DNA from: Candidatus Thorarchaeota archaeon
GTDB lineage: Archaea; Asgardarchaeota; Thorarchaeia; Thorarchaeales; Thorarchaeaceae
Direction: 5' to 3'
Assembly (NCBI GenBank): GCA_003345545.1
Contig: PRDH01000037.1
Coordinates: forward strand, 1 to 64,000
Length of the DNA: 64,000 nucleotides
Shown piece by piece: positions 38,024 to 47,759 of this stretch (position 1 is the stretch's first letter; each line of letters starts with the position of its first letter). A program made the translations under genes and the position numbers. The notes beneath the pieces are model-generated. The model was not told where the DNA came from and did no database searches. It saw nothing but the letters and a program-made list of their open reading frames with translations.

Positions 38024-40141
38024 GTGGACAGGCAAAAAGGCATTGACAGTCTATTCAATCCTCGCTCAATAGCGGTGATTGGAGCTTCAGAGGTACGCGG
38101 GAAGCTCGGAAACGATGTTATGCGCAATCTCATCGAGAGTGGTTATGAACGTCGAATCTATCCCATCAACCCGAAAGCAGGCGAGATTCTTGGCCATAAG
38201 GTATTCAGATCCGTGAAAGATATCCCAGGGGAAGTAGATGTCGCAGTGATCGTAATCCCTGCAAAATCTGTCCTCGAAGCTGTCGAGGAATGCGGCAAGA
38301 AGGGCGTGAAGGCTCTAGTGATTATCTCTGCAGGTTTCAAAGAGATTGGTCATGAGGGACAAGAGGCTGAGAGAATGCTTGCCACCCTTGCTGAGAAGTA
38401 TGAGATGGTGATTCAAGGTCCAAACTGTCTTGGAATTATGAACACATCAGCTCCCTACAACGCATCATTTTCATCTGGAACTCCAAGCAAGGGGGTCATT
38501 GCATTTGCCTCACAGTCTGGCGCTCTGATGACAGGAATTCTAGATTGGAGTCTCATGGAAAGGATTGGTTTCTCCAAGTTTGTAAGCCTCGGGAACAAGG
38601 CTCATCTCGACGAAGCCGATTTTGTTGAAGCCTTTGGAAGAGACCCTGACTCCACTTTTGTTCTTCTCTATATCGAATCTGTCGTTGATGGACACAAGTT
38701 CATGGAAGCATGCCGCAAAGTCGTACAGCACAAGCCGATTTTCGTGGTCAAGTCTGGTGTAAGTAGTGCAGGTGCAAGAGCTGCATCATCACATACCGGA
38801 TCACTTGCTGGAAGCGATACTGCCTATGATGTTGCCTTCAAACAATGTGGAGTTAGGCGGGCTAGTAGCATGGCCTCACTATTCGACATCGCTGCAGTCT
38901 TTGACAACATGTACCTTCCATCCGGCAATCGCGTGGCGATAGTCACCAATGCTGGAGGTCCAGGTATTCTCACAACTGATGCATGTGAGGCAAGCGGGCT
39001 TCAGATTGCTCAGCTGACGTCAACGACGGTGGAATTTCTAAAAGCGAATCTGCCTCCCGCCGCCGCAGTCTACAATCCTATTGATGCACTCGGAACTGCA
39101 CAGCCTGAAGACTATGAGCTTTGCATCGAGGCAGCTCTCAGAGACGAGAATGTGGACTCGGTGCTCGTGTTGCTTACTCCTCAAGCTATGACAAAACAGA
39201 CTGAAACCGCACAAGTGATTGTAGGTGCTCATACAAAGTACCCCAAGAAACCAGTCATAGCTGTCTTTATGGGTGGCAACTCAATGGTCTACCCGCGAAT
39301 AGTACTGACGGAAGGTCACATTCCCGTGTTCGACTTCCCTGAGCGAGCGGTGCACGCACTGGCCGAACTCTATAAGTATACGGTGAGCCGGGATAGCCTG
39401 AAGGATGAGTCAATACCGCGGTTCAAAGCTGATAAGAAGAGAGTTGAGAAGATCATCAGCGATGTAAGAGCGGATAGACGTAGAGTCCTCCTCGGCAGTG
39501 AGGCACATGCAATAGCAGAGGCGTACGATATACCGGTCGCCAAGATTCGTCTCGCGACAAGCTCGGAGGAAGCAAAGGTCTTGGCGGACGAACTGGGATA
39601 TCCTGTTGTACTGAAGATTGCCAGCCCTGATATAGTTCATAAGAGCGATATCGGGGGAATAAAGGTAGGTCTCAAGACTCCTGAAGAGGTTGAAGCCGCA
39701 TTTCTACAGATATTGGACAACGCAAAGGCACAGATGCCCAAGGCCATCATCTACGGTGTTGACATTCAGGAGATGGCAGAAAGGGGAAAGGAGTTGATTA
39801 TTGGCTGTTCCAGAGATGTTCAGTTCGGCCCTCTGATCATGTTTGGCGCAGGAGGTATCTTTGTCAACTATCTAAAAGATATCGCATTTCGACTTGCCCC
39901 TATGACAAGATCCGATGCAAGCGAGTTGATTATGGAAACAAAGATTGGCACGCTTCTCAAGGGGGTACGCGGAGAGGCCCCAAGTGATGTGGCCGCTATA
40001 GAAGATACCATCCTGAAGATCAGTCAGCTCGTGACGGATTTTCAGGAGATTGTTGAATTGGACATCAACCCTGCATTTGCCTATGAGAAAGGTAAAGGCG
40101 TTTCTGCTGTTGATGTCAAGATAACGATAGGAGGTCCGTAA
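38024..40141 (+). CDS. acd: Acetate/acyl-CoA ligase (ADP-forming), alpha-beta fusion
   Basis: IAVIGAS, GPNCLG, SQSGA, SHTGSLAG (phospho-His), TNAGGPG, HKSDIGG, ELDINP. Confidence 0.93.
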   Translation: MDRQKGIDSLFNPRSIAVIGASEVRGKLGNDVMRNLIESGYERRIYPINPKAGEILGHKVFRSVKDIPGEVDVAVIVIPAKSVLEAVEECGKKGVKALVIISAGFKEIGHEGQEAERMLATLAEKYEMVIQGPNCLGIMNTSAPYNASFSSGTPSKGVIAFASQSGALMTGILDWSLMERIGFSKFVSLGNKAHLDEADFVEAFGRDPDSTFVLLYIESVVDGHKFMEACRKVVQHKPIFVVKSGVSSAGARAASSHTGSLAGSDTAYDVAFKQCGVRRASSMASLFDIAAVFDNMYLPSGNRVAIVTNAGGPGILTTDACEASGLQIAQLTSTTVEFLKANLPPAAAVYNPIDALGTAQPEDYELCIEAALRDENVDSVLVLLTPQAMTKQTETAQVIVGAHTKYPKKPVIAVFMGGNSMVYPRIVLTEGHIPVFDFPERAVHALAELYKYTVSRDSLKDESIPRFKADKKRVEKIISDVRADRRRVLLGSEAHAIAEAYDIPVAKIRLATSSEEAKVLADELGYPVVLKIASPDIVHKSDIGGIKVGLKTPEEVEAAFLQILDNAKAQMPKAIIYGVDIQEMAERGKELIIGCSRDVQFGPLIMFGAGGIFVNYLKDIAFRLAPMTRSDASELIMETKIGTLLKGVRGEAPSDVAAIEDTILKISQLVTDFQEIVELDINPAFAYEKGKGVSAVDVKITIGGP

Positions 40142-40143
40142 GG

Positions 40144-41208
40144 ATGGCGAAGAATATTTTGATCACTGGCGATACGGTGACCGGAAAAACGATGGTTGCG
40201 ATTGCTCTGGCAAGCAAACTCAGAGCAGAGAAGAAATCCGTTGGCTACTTCAAGCCATCAGGTGTCAAGAGTTACGCCCATAGCACACCCGACGAGGATG
40301 TGGATGAGGACGCTGCAGTCATGAAGGAGATTCTTGGCATGAAAGAGCGCCTGAGCTGCATCTGCCCGATAGTACGTCATATGTCAAGCTATGACGAATT
40401 GATTCGTGTTGGGAAGGAGAAGCTGAAGCAGAAAGTGCAGACCTGTTATGCAAAGATTGCAAAGAATTACGATTATGTTATCATCGAAGGAGAGAAGTCT
40501 CCCTGGTATCTGTTGCACGTAGACCTCTCGACACTCGATATCGCCAGAGAACTGGGAGCCACGGTCATATGCCTGGTCAATTTTCCTGATATTGCAGCCA
40601 TCGATGATATTCTCCTTCAAAAGGAGCTTTTTACCAGATATGGCACCTCGAAAATAGGAGTTGTTCTCAACCTCGTTCCTCCCATGCTGAAGAAAGTTGT
40701 TAACGAGAATATTCGTCCATTCTTGGAAGAGCAAGGAATGGTATTCTGTGGTGTTCTGTACAATAACAGAGAGCTATTCAGTCCTACGGTTGGGGAGATC
40801 ATGCGGGGACTAAAAGGCGAGATGGTCACTGGGATGGACAAAATGGACCTTCTAATTGACAAATTCATCGTTGGTAGTATGGCTCCTGAGAATGCATTGA
40901 AGTGGTTCCGTGAATCGAAGGATAAGGCTGTGATCACAAGTGGCGATAGGACAGACATCTGTCTTGCTGCCCTAGAAACTGATACGAATCTTCTGATTCT
41001 CACGGGTGGTGTGGGTCCCGATATTGGCACTCTGACCAGAGCCCGTGAACTCGGTGTACCAATCATGATGACCGCATTAGATACCTATGCCACGAGCCAA
41101 GTTGTCAACGAACTGGTTGGTACTGTGACTGTTGATAACAAAGAGAAGACCGCTGCCGTAGAGAGAATAGTTGGAGAAGCTCTGTCCATAGAGGGCCTCG
41201 ATCTCTAG
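40144..41208 (+). CDS. Phosphotransacetylase N-terminal-like protein (AAA_26/BioD-like + DRTGG)
   Basis: TGKTMV, VGYFKP, IIEG, GDRTDI, LILTGG. Confidence 0.85.
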   Translation: MAKNILITGDTVTGKTMVAIALASKLRAEKKSVGYFKPSGVKSYAHSTPDEDVDEDAAVMKEILGMKERLSCICPIVRHMSSYDELIRVGKEKLKQKVQTCYAKIAKNYDYVIIEGEKSPWYLLHVDLSTLDIARELGATVICLVNFPDIAAIDDILLQKELFTRYGTSKIGVVLNLVPPMLKKVVNENIRPFLEEQGMVFCGVLYNNRELFSPTVGEIMRGLKGEMVTGMDKMDLLIDKFIVGSMAPENALKWFRESKDKAVITSGDRTDICLAALETDTNLLILTGGVGPDIGTLTRARELGVPIMMTALDTYATSQVVNELVGTVTVDNKEKTAAVERIVGEALSIEGLDL

Positions 41209-41312
41209 GATTCCGTGCCATGGGAAAGGGAGGGAGCAGTATTGCTCCCGATCTAAAACAAATCGAACGTACAATCGCCGGGAGGAGCCCTTGTACGTTC
41301 AATGTCGGAATC
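41209..41312. ncRNA. Candidate structured RNA element (multi-stem junction), function unknown
   Basis: Closing stem GATTCCG/CGGAATC encloses GGGAGCA/TGCTCCC, GATCT/AAATC and GAACGTACAA/TTGTACGTTC stems. Confidence 0.45.
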
Positions 41313-41533
41313 TGCCTGCCTTCCATAAGTCATCTTGTATAGTTGAGCTAATACACGGTCATTATGCAGGCTGCGTTCCATACATCACTCAGACCATCTC
41401 AGCATATTCTAGCCACTCATAAGCATGAAAATGCGAGAAATCGTCTACAAGGTCACATTTCCCTTGTCCAGCAACACATTTATGCCGGCGAAAAGTTATC
41501 GGGTGCTTGTATCTCAAAGTTTGAGGTGAATTA

Positions 41534-42298
41534 ATGGCTTCAGATGCTGAAAAGTCGGAGGCTGCCGGTGAAGCAATGGACTCTACAAAGGCTGAACGAG
41601 AACTTGAGTCCTTGAAGTGGATCCGTGAGCGGCGCTCCATTAGGGAGTTCACTGGTGAGAAAATACCAGATGAACACATTGAGTTAATCCTCGAAGCGGC
41701 GAGGCATGCTCCCAGTCCTGAGAACATGCTTATGATCCGTTTCGTTGTGATTCGTGATGATCAGGACACGAAGGTGTTTCTTGCTGATATTGCCCAAGAG
41801 ATGGCTCAAACCGCATTTGGTGGGGCACCCTTTGAGCTCACAAGTGGTCGAAACTGGTTCATAAACGACCCCTATAGGGCCGCTGTCTATGCCCGGCTTC
41901 GAGACGGTGAGTTGTTCCGTTATCCTGAGAAGAGCGATACGGTGATAATTGTATGCGCGAGCGATGTTTGGACTGATGCAGGTTACCTGTATGAGAATGA
42001 CCTCTTTGGTTCTGTCGTGTCTGGGATGGCCATTATGAACATGTGGTTGACAGCTACAGAACTAGGATATGGCTGCGGATACGAGGCTCTTGTCTGCTCA
42101 GATCCCCGTCATGCTGAACTGATACGTGACAGACTTGGGATTCCTCCCATCTGGAAACCTCTCACGGCATTCTGTATTGGAAAGAGGATTTCGCCACGAG
42201 CTCTTGGTCCAAGCAGACCTCCACTTGAAGGGCTGATGTACCAGGAACGCTGGGGATTCCCGTACAAACGTCTTGCATTCAGGAAGGAGGGCGATTAA
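41534..42298 (+). CDS. Nitroreductase-family flavoprotein
   Basis: RRSIREF, ILEAARHAPS.EN, NMWLTATELGYG, LGIP. Confidence 0.88.
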   Translation: MASDAEKSEAAGEAMDSTKAERELESLKWIRERRSIREFTGEKIPDEHIELILEAARHAPSPENMLMIRFVVIRDDQDTKVFLADIAQEMAQTAFGGAPFELTSGRNWFINDPYRAAVYARLRDGELFRYPEKSDTVIIVCASDVWTDAGYLYENDLFGSVVSGMAIMNMWLTATELGYGCGYEALVCSDPRHAELIRDRLGIPPIWKPLTAFCIGKRISPRALGPSRPPLEGLMYQERWGFPYKRLAFRKEGD

Positions 42299-42299
42299 G

Positions 42300-42827
42300 A
42301 TGCAAGTAGAATTCAAAGGCAAAACTCTAGAGAATATGAAGAAACTCGCTGATGAAGCTGGGATTACGCCTGCTGGTCTTATAGAGGTCGTCATGCAGCA
42401 ATTCGTGGACAATAAGGGTGGCAGAGTCTACACAGGAAGATGGTCGGGGGGAGAGGTCGATGGAGTCAAGGGCATGAGATATGTACCCCAATGGCCATTT
42501 AGACCAGGTTTCAAGGAGGCGGACGGAAGTGAGGTCAAGCGGTGGAAAGCCGAATCCAAGGCCTTCCGTAAGCATCCAACAGGCGCATGGCCGTTCTATC
42601 CCCATCTGAAAGAGGGAGACATCGAGCATGAGTACTGGACCTCGAAGAAGATGTACCATCAATCATTCATGAATGATCGAAAAGGCCGCATTGTGACCCT
42701 AATGGATGGTGACAAGTATGAGGAATTCCTTAGAACAGTCAAGAAACGGAAGGGGAATTTCTGGGCTACTAGCGTTGAGCAAGTCATGATGGAGGCCATC
42801 GATGACTGGATGGTTAAGGAGGAATAA
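42300..42827 (+). CDS. Hypothetical protein, possibly two RHH-like segments
   Basis: Translationally coupled after GGAGG; beta-helix-helix patterns at both ends. Confidence 0.65.
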   Translation: MQVEFKGKTLENMKKLADEAGITPAGLIEVVMQQFVDNKGGRVYTGRWSGGEVDGVKGMRYVPQWPFRPGFKEADGSEVKRWKAESKAFRKHPTGAWPFYPHLKEGDIEHEYWTSKKMYHQSFMNDRKGRIVTLMDGDKYEEFLRTVKKRKGNFWATSVEQVMMEAIDDWMVKEE

Positions 42828-42829
42828 GA

Positions 42830-43201
42830 ATGACATCACAGCTACAGCAATTCTTTGAGTTCTTGATTAGTAAGGTCAAAGACAAGGAAGAGCTTCAAGG
42901 ACATGTTATGAAGTGGATTGGTCCCTATGATGGCAAGATTCTCCAGGTCATTACACCCGACCACGGTGCTCAATACATCGTCGTTCAAAAGGGTGCGCCC
43001 TGGATGACTCTCCATGAGGGGATGTATCCCAGCCCAGACGTCATTTACAAGGCGAACTCGGAAACCCTGCTTGGAATATTCACCGGTGATGTCAACTTCA
43101 AGGACACAATGAAGGATGGTCGCCTGATTGTCATTGGGAATGCCAATGAGAGTGATCCTCTAGCAAACCTGATTCTGGTTGCTATGACTGGTGGTATTTA
43201 G
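42830..43201 (+). CDS. SCP2 sterol/lipid-carrier domain protein
   Basis: PDV.Y.A..ETLL.IFTG.VN....MKDGRL.V.GN pattern; lipid operon context. Confidence 0.7.
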   Translation: MTSQLQQFFEFLISKVKDKEELQGHVMKWIGPYDGKILQVITPDHGAQYIVVQKGAPWMTLHEGMYPSPDVIYKANSETLLGIFTGDVNFKDTMKDGRLIVIGNANESDPLANLILVAMTGGI

Positions 43202-43213
43202 GAGGCATGCAAA

Positions 43214-44338
43214 ATGGAAGTCAAAAACATCGCAGTCGTTGGTGCAGGGCTCATGGGTTCAGGAATTGCCTACATCTCTGCATGGAATGGATTCAATGTC
43301 TTCTTGCTTGATGTCAATGATGCAGCAGTCGAAGCGGGAATGGACCGTATTCGCAATGATGTAATGACTGGCATCAACAAGAACAAGATATCAATGTCTG
43401 ATGCGGAAGCACTTATGGGTCGGCTCAAATATGGCACGAAGCTCGAAGAAGGCCTTAAAGACGCAGACCTCGTAATTGAGGCAATCTTCGAGAATATGGA
43501 CGCCAAGAAGCAGCTGTTTGCAAAAGTGGACAAAGCAGCTCCGAAGCGTGCAGTACTCGCGACCAACACCTCCTCCCTGAGTATTGATGAGCTTGCTACA
43601 TCGACCACACGTCCTGCCCAGTTTCTGGGAATGCACTATTTCTCTCCGGTTGCTGCAATGAAGCTTCTCGAGCTCGTCATCGGCAAAAAAACGAGTCCAG
43701 AGACCATTGCCACAGCAGTTGCAGTCGGGAAGAAACAGGGAAAGACAACTGTACAGGCCAAGAACAGTCCTGGCTTTATTGTCAATCGAATACTGAACCC
43801 CGTGCTCAGAGAGGCTATCATCCTTTATGAGAAGGGCGTTGCGACAAAGGAGGAAATCGATACTGCCATGACTGTACACGGCAGGATGCCTGCAGGACCA
43901 TTTTCCCTTAGTGATTTTGTTGGTCTTGATATTGCTTTCAATGCAATGAGCACGCTGTATCGTGAGCTTGGGGATTGTTACAAGCCTCCTGATACTCTCA
44001 AGAAGCTTGTTGACTCTGGAGCCATTGGAATGAAGGCCAAGAAGGGCTTCTATGACTACACAGGTGCCAGTAAGGCCACTGAGAAGCCCAAAGGTGCTGA
44101 CCTCAAGTGGCTCGCAATGCGTATTCAATTGATGGCTATCCGTGAGGCAATGATACTGGTCGATAGCGGGATTGCTACCAGAGCAGATATCGATCCCGCA
44201 ATGATACTCGGTGCCAGCTTCCCGAAAGGTCCATTCGCCATGGCTGAGGAACTGGGTTTGAACAAGGTTCGTGACGAGATCCAAAAGCTATACAAAGAGC
44301 TTGGCGAGTGTTATCGCGTTCCCAAGACGCTGCATTAG
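43214..44338 (+). CDS. 3-hydroxyacyl-CoA dehydrogenase with duplicated C-terminal domain
   Basis: VVGAGLMGSGIA, IEAIFE, TNTSSL, GMHYFSP, PGFIVNR, GPF..D.VGLD. Confidence 0.95.
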   Translation: MEVKNIAVVGAGLMGSGIAYISAWNGFNVFLLDVNDAAVEAGMDRIRNDVMTGINKNKISMSDAEALMGRLKYGTKLEEGLKDADLVIEAIFENMDAKKQLFAKVDKAAPKRAVLATNTSSLSIDELATSTTRPAQFLGMHYFSPVAAMKLLELVIGKKTSPETIATAVAVGKKQGKTTVQAKNSPGFIVNRILNPVLREAIILYEKGVATKEEIDTAMTVHGRMPAGPFSLSDFVGLDIAFNAMSTLYRELGDCYKPPDTLKKLVDSGAIGMKAKKGFYDYTGASKATEKPKGADLKWLAMRIQLMAIREAMILVDSGIATRADIDPAMILGASFPKGPFAMAEELGLNKVRDEIQKLYKELGECYRVPKTLH

Positions 44339-44348
44339 AAACCCGAAT

Positions 44349-44384
44349 CTGGCGGCAACACTAGCGCCGCCAGTTTCTCTTTTT
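44349..44384 (+). terminator. Hairpin + T-rich terminator
   Basis: CTGGCGGC/GCCGCCAG then TTTCTCTTTTT. Confidence 0.7.
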
Positions 44385-44471
44385 CTATCCTATGTATCAC
44401 AATTAAGGAACCATAGTTTTTAAGAGGAACGAAGTCTTGCAGACCTCCAGAACTATTCATAGGTGTAAGAA

Positions 44472-45284
44472 ATGGGCGAATACAAAACGATGCTGTATAG
44501 CAAAGAGGGTACGTTTCTCACCCCTGTCAAGAATATTGCAGTCATTAAGATGAATAGGCCAGATGCACTGAACGCAATCAATGACCAATTCATTCTTGAT
44601 CTTGGTGCTGCACTTGACGAGGCTGAGAAGGATCCAGACATTCGGTCTGTGATAATTGGTACAAATCACCCCAAGGTCTATTGTACTGGAGCAGACCTGA
44701 AGATGGCTCAAGGATTCCTTAAAGATCCCAAATCAGTTGAAAGTGCAATCAAGCAAGGACAAATGGTTATTGACAAAATAGCTAAGCTGAGTAAGCCAGT
44801 GATTGCTGCTATTCACGGACTATGCCTTGGTGGCGGAACGGAGATTGCTCTTGCTTCCGATGTTCGAATATGTGATACTGACGCCAAGATAGGCTGCCCG
44901 GAGGTCGCTCTGGGATTGATTCCAGCTTGGGGTGGCTGTGTACGTATGGCAAGAGTGGCTGGACTTGGAAAGGCACTCGAGTTGATCTTGACTGGAGCTC
45001 AGTTAACAGGAGCTGAAGCATTAGCAGCTGGACTTGTCAGCAAGGTGGTAAGTCCTGATGACTTGCAGAGCGAAGCAATCAAGCTGGCGATGAAGTTTGG
45101 CCAGAATGCACCAATTGCGCTCAAGCTGGCCAAGAAGGCCACTCACATGGCTTTTGAGGGCAACTATGAAATGAACCTGAAATATCAGGTTGATGCCTCA
45201 GTTGAGTGTTTCAAGACTGCTGACCTTGGAGAAGGTATTGCTGGAATACTTGAGAAGCGCCAACCCAAGTTCAAGGGCAAGTAG
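44472..45284 (+). CDS. Enoyl-CoA hydratase/isomerase
   Basis: NRPDALNA, GADL, GGGTEIAL..D, PEVALG.IP.WGG. Confidence 0.93.
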   Translation: MGEYKTMLYSKEGTFLTPVKNIAVIKMNRPDALNAINDQFILDLGAALDEAEKDPDIRSVIIGTNHPKVYCTGADLKMAQGFLKDPKSVESAIKQGQMVIDKIAKLSKPVIAAIHGLCLGGGTEIALASDVRICDTDAKIGCPEVALGLIPAWGGCVRMARVAGLGKALELILTGAQLTGAEALAAGLVSKVVSPDDLQSEAIKLAMKFGQNAPIALKLAKKATHMAFEGNYEMNLKYQVDASVECFKTADLGEGIAGILEKRQPKFKGK

Positions 45285-45302
45285 AAGCAGTTCAATTACT
45301 GA

Positions 45303-45338
45303 CCCACAACCGGAAGGTTGTGGGCTTTCTCTCTTTTT
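45303..45338 (+). terminator. Hairpin + T-rich terminator
   Basis: CCCACAACC-GGAA-GGTTGTGGG then TTTCTCTCTTTTT. Confidence 0.75.
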
Positions 45339-45512
45339 CATTAGATTTTCTCGCATTCGTTGTCTTTCTCGCGACTCATCAATATTGAACTCGATTTGTA
45401 GTGAAAGCGTCAACCTTAAGACCTCGATATTAGAGGTTGCCTGACTGATAGTGGAGCATGATTGGATGTTGTACATCAATCATTTTCATGCTCTTACTGC
45501 GGAGGATATGAA

Positions 45513-46679
45513 ATGGCAAGAAGAGTTGCTGTAGTCGCTGGAGGCCACAGCAAATTCGGTAAAAGGTATGATGCAACCATGCGGGAGCTCTGCGCTGAGG
45601 CCTACAAACCAATTTATGATGTAGGCATCACTCAGGACAAGATAGACGCTAGCGTCCTTTCGTACGCAGCCTCGCAGTTCACAGGTCAGGGCGCTGGCTC
45701 AGCCCTGATGGCGGACTACATTGGTATGCAAGAGAAACCTCATCTTAGAGTAGAATCTGCGTGCACCACCGGAACTGCAAGTCTGAGAGCTGCTTGGGGA
45801 ATGGTTGCGGCTGGTCTCTATGATGTCATGCTCGTGATGGGTGTTGAGCAGATGAATCGTGTATCATCAGCTACTGCAACTGAATACATGTCTCGAGCAG
45901 GAGACATGCGCTGGGAGTATCCCTATGGAATCAGTTTCCCCGCATTCTATGCACTGATGGCTTCGCGGTATATGAGTGAATACAACATGCCGCACGACGT
46001 CTTAGCGCAAATCGCTGTCAAGTCCCATCACTATGGTGCTCAGAATCCCAAGGCACATCTCCCCAAGGAAGTGTCCTTTGAGGAGGCGAATAACGCTATT
46101 CCGATATGCAGGCCTCTCAACCTATACGACTGTAGCCTAATCACTGACGGCGCAGCTGCAATTGTCATTGCTGCAGAAGAAAAAGTGAAGCAATTCACTG
46201 ATCGCCCCATGTGGATAAAGGGCATCGGAGCAGGCGCGTCTGAGAACATGATTCAGGACCGTCCTACTTTGACTTCAATCCCCGGAGCAAAACGCGCGGT
46301 AAAGGCAGCGTACAAGATGGCCGGCGTGAAGCCAGAAGACATTGATATGGCCGAGGTTCACGATTGTTTCACGATCGCGGAATTGATTGCCTACGAGGAC
46401 TGCGGTTTTGCGGCACCGGGAAAAGGCCGAGAGATCGTCGAGAACAAGGAGAACTATCATACCGGTAGGATTCCAGTGAACTGCGATGGCGGTCTCAAGA
46501 GCAAGGGGCATCCCCTGGGAGCTACAGGAATCTCAATGACCTATGAAGTCATGAAGCAAATGAGGGGTGAAGCAGAACTCAAGTCGCGTCAGATTAAAGA
46601 TGTCAAATACGGCCTCGTTCACAACGTCGGACAGTCTGGGCAGTTTGTAAATGTCTTCATCTATGAGAGGGGTTGGTGA
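45513..46679 (+). CDS. Thiolase (archaeal/SCP-x type acetyl-CoA acyltransferase)
   Basis: ESACTTG, DGAAA, EVHDCFT, GHPLGATG, HNVG; start at ATG 45513 after GGAGG. Confidence 0.93.
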   Translation: MARRVAVVAGGHSKFGKRYDATMRELCAEAYKPIYDVGITQDKIDASVLSYAASQFTGQGAGSALMADYIGMQEKPHLRVESACTTGTASLRAAWGMVAAGLYDVMLVMGVEQMNRVSSATATEYMSRAGDMRWEYPYGISFPAFYALMASRYMSEYNMPHDVLAQIAVKSHHYGAQNPKAHLPKEVSFEEANNAIPICRPLNLYDCSLITDGAAAIVIAAEEKVKQFTDRPMWIKGIGAGASENMIQDRPTLTSIPGAKRAVKAAYKMAGVKPEDIDMAEVHDCFTIAELIAYEDCGFAAPGKGREIVENKENYHTGRIPVNCDGGLKSKGHPLGATGISMTYEVMKQMRGEAELKSRQIKDVKYGLVHNVGQSGQFVNVFIYERGW

Positions 46680-46682
46680 ATC

Positions 46683-47102
46683 ATGGCAGAGAAAAAGGAA
46701 CTCTATCTCGGGTATACCACAGACAAGGCAATCACGCCCTTCATGCAGAGCTTTCTGGAACATCTAGACCAAGGACGTCTAATGAAGAGCAAATGTGGCA
46801 AGTGCGGAAAAGAGTATCTTCCTCCAAGACAGCACTGCCAGAAGGACATGAGCGAATGTACCTTGGCTGAAGTCACAGAGAGAGATGCCAAATTATACTC
46901 CTATGTGATTGTCGACTTTGCCCCAGAGAGCCTCTCATCAAGGCAGCCTTATGTCGTAGCTATCGGTCAGTTTCCATCAGGGCTGAAGCTGACGGCGCAT
47001 ATTACTAACTTGATGAGCCTGCCTGAGGTTGGAATGAAGCTCAAACTAGGTTTTGACAAGTCCCCGGATGGCAAGATGGTCACATATAGGTGGCTGGTAT
47101 AG
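46683..47102 (+). CDS. DUF35 Zn-ribbon/OB-fold thiolase partner
   Basis: KCGKCG..Y.PPR..C, PYVVA; directly after thiolase. Confidence 0.9.
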   Translation: MAEKKELYLGYTTDKAITPFMQSFLEHLDQGRLMKSKCGKCGKEYLPPRQHCQKDMSECTLAEVTERDAKLYSYVIVDFAPESLSSRQPYVVAIGQFPSGLKLTAHITNLMSLPEVGMKLKLGFDKSPDGKMVTYRWLV

Positions 47103-47110
47103 CTTATACT

Positions 47111-47141
47111 GGGGGCCTAGGCCCCCGCCTATTTCTCTTTT
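47111..47141 (+). terminator. Hairpin + T-rich terminator
   Basis: GGGGGCC/GGCCCCC then TATTTCTCTTTT. Confidence 0.6.
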
Positions 47142-47172
47142 GGTGAAGCATCGGTCTGTTCAGGCTGTTCTC

Positions 47173-47511
47173 TCATTGTTTTGAATACAGCTCAAGTATC
47201 TTTGCCCACCGTGACTGGAGGCGTACAGCTCTCAATGTCTGTAGATAGATTGCCGAAGCCCTTGCAGAATCACAGCCCTCGATCTCATCTACAGCGTGAT
47301 TGATGATCTCTGTGATGTCTTTGAACCTTCTCCGGCCGTCATTTCGTAGATAACCCGCGAACGTGACATAGTCTCTGCTCTTCTGGCCCAGCCCTTGGAG
47401 AAGCATCGTTTCATCCTGAACTGCTGCATTCAGCTCGTAGGAGTTCTCAAGAGACCTCTTCATCGCGCTTAGACTGTCGATGTAGACGTGATTCTTCCCT
47501 GTGGCATCCAA
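47173..47511 (-). CDS. Hypothetical helical protein
   Basis: 112-aa ORF, TTG start after AGGGGA. Confidence 0.55.
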   Translation of the reverse strand: MDATGKNHVYIDSLSAMKRSLENSYELNAAVQDETMLLQGLGQKSRDYVTFAGYLRNDGRRRFKDITEIINHAVDEIEGCDSARASAIYLQTLRAVRLQSRWAKILELYSKQ

Positions 47512-47759
47512 GCAAATCGGTCCCCTAATCTGATGGCGACATATATGGTCGGAACCACTAATTAAACCTTAAGCCTCAAAAGTTGCTAGAATCTCAACAG
47601 GCGCCATTTCGTTGATACTAGCACTCCTCGAGAATCACAACGGTTGCAGTCAAAACAACGAACAAGCAGGCCTAGTCAATGTAACATTGAGTCGAGTATT
47701 CGGCTAAACCCCCTCTTCAACAACCGTCCGTTAATCCCCTTTCCACCATTCCTCTTCTA

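Noticed and set aside
41215-41242. GTGCCA...GGGAGCAG resembling SRP RNA helix 8
   Set aside because: Lacks the CAGG-stem-GNRA-stem-AGCA geometry, and the element is far shorter than archaeal 7S RNA
41209-41312. tRNA or tRNA-Sec interpretation of the multi-stem element
   Set aside because: No 7-nt anticodon loop, no TTCRA T-loop in the right place, wrong arm spacing
43391-44284. 297-aa antisense ORF
   Set aside because: Shadow of the well-supported 3-hydroxyacyl-CoA dehydrogenase; no motifs
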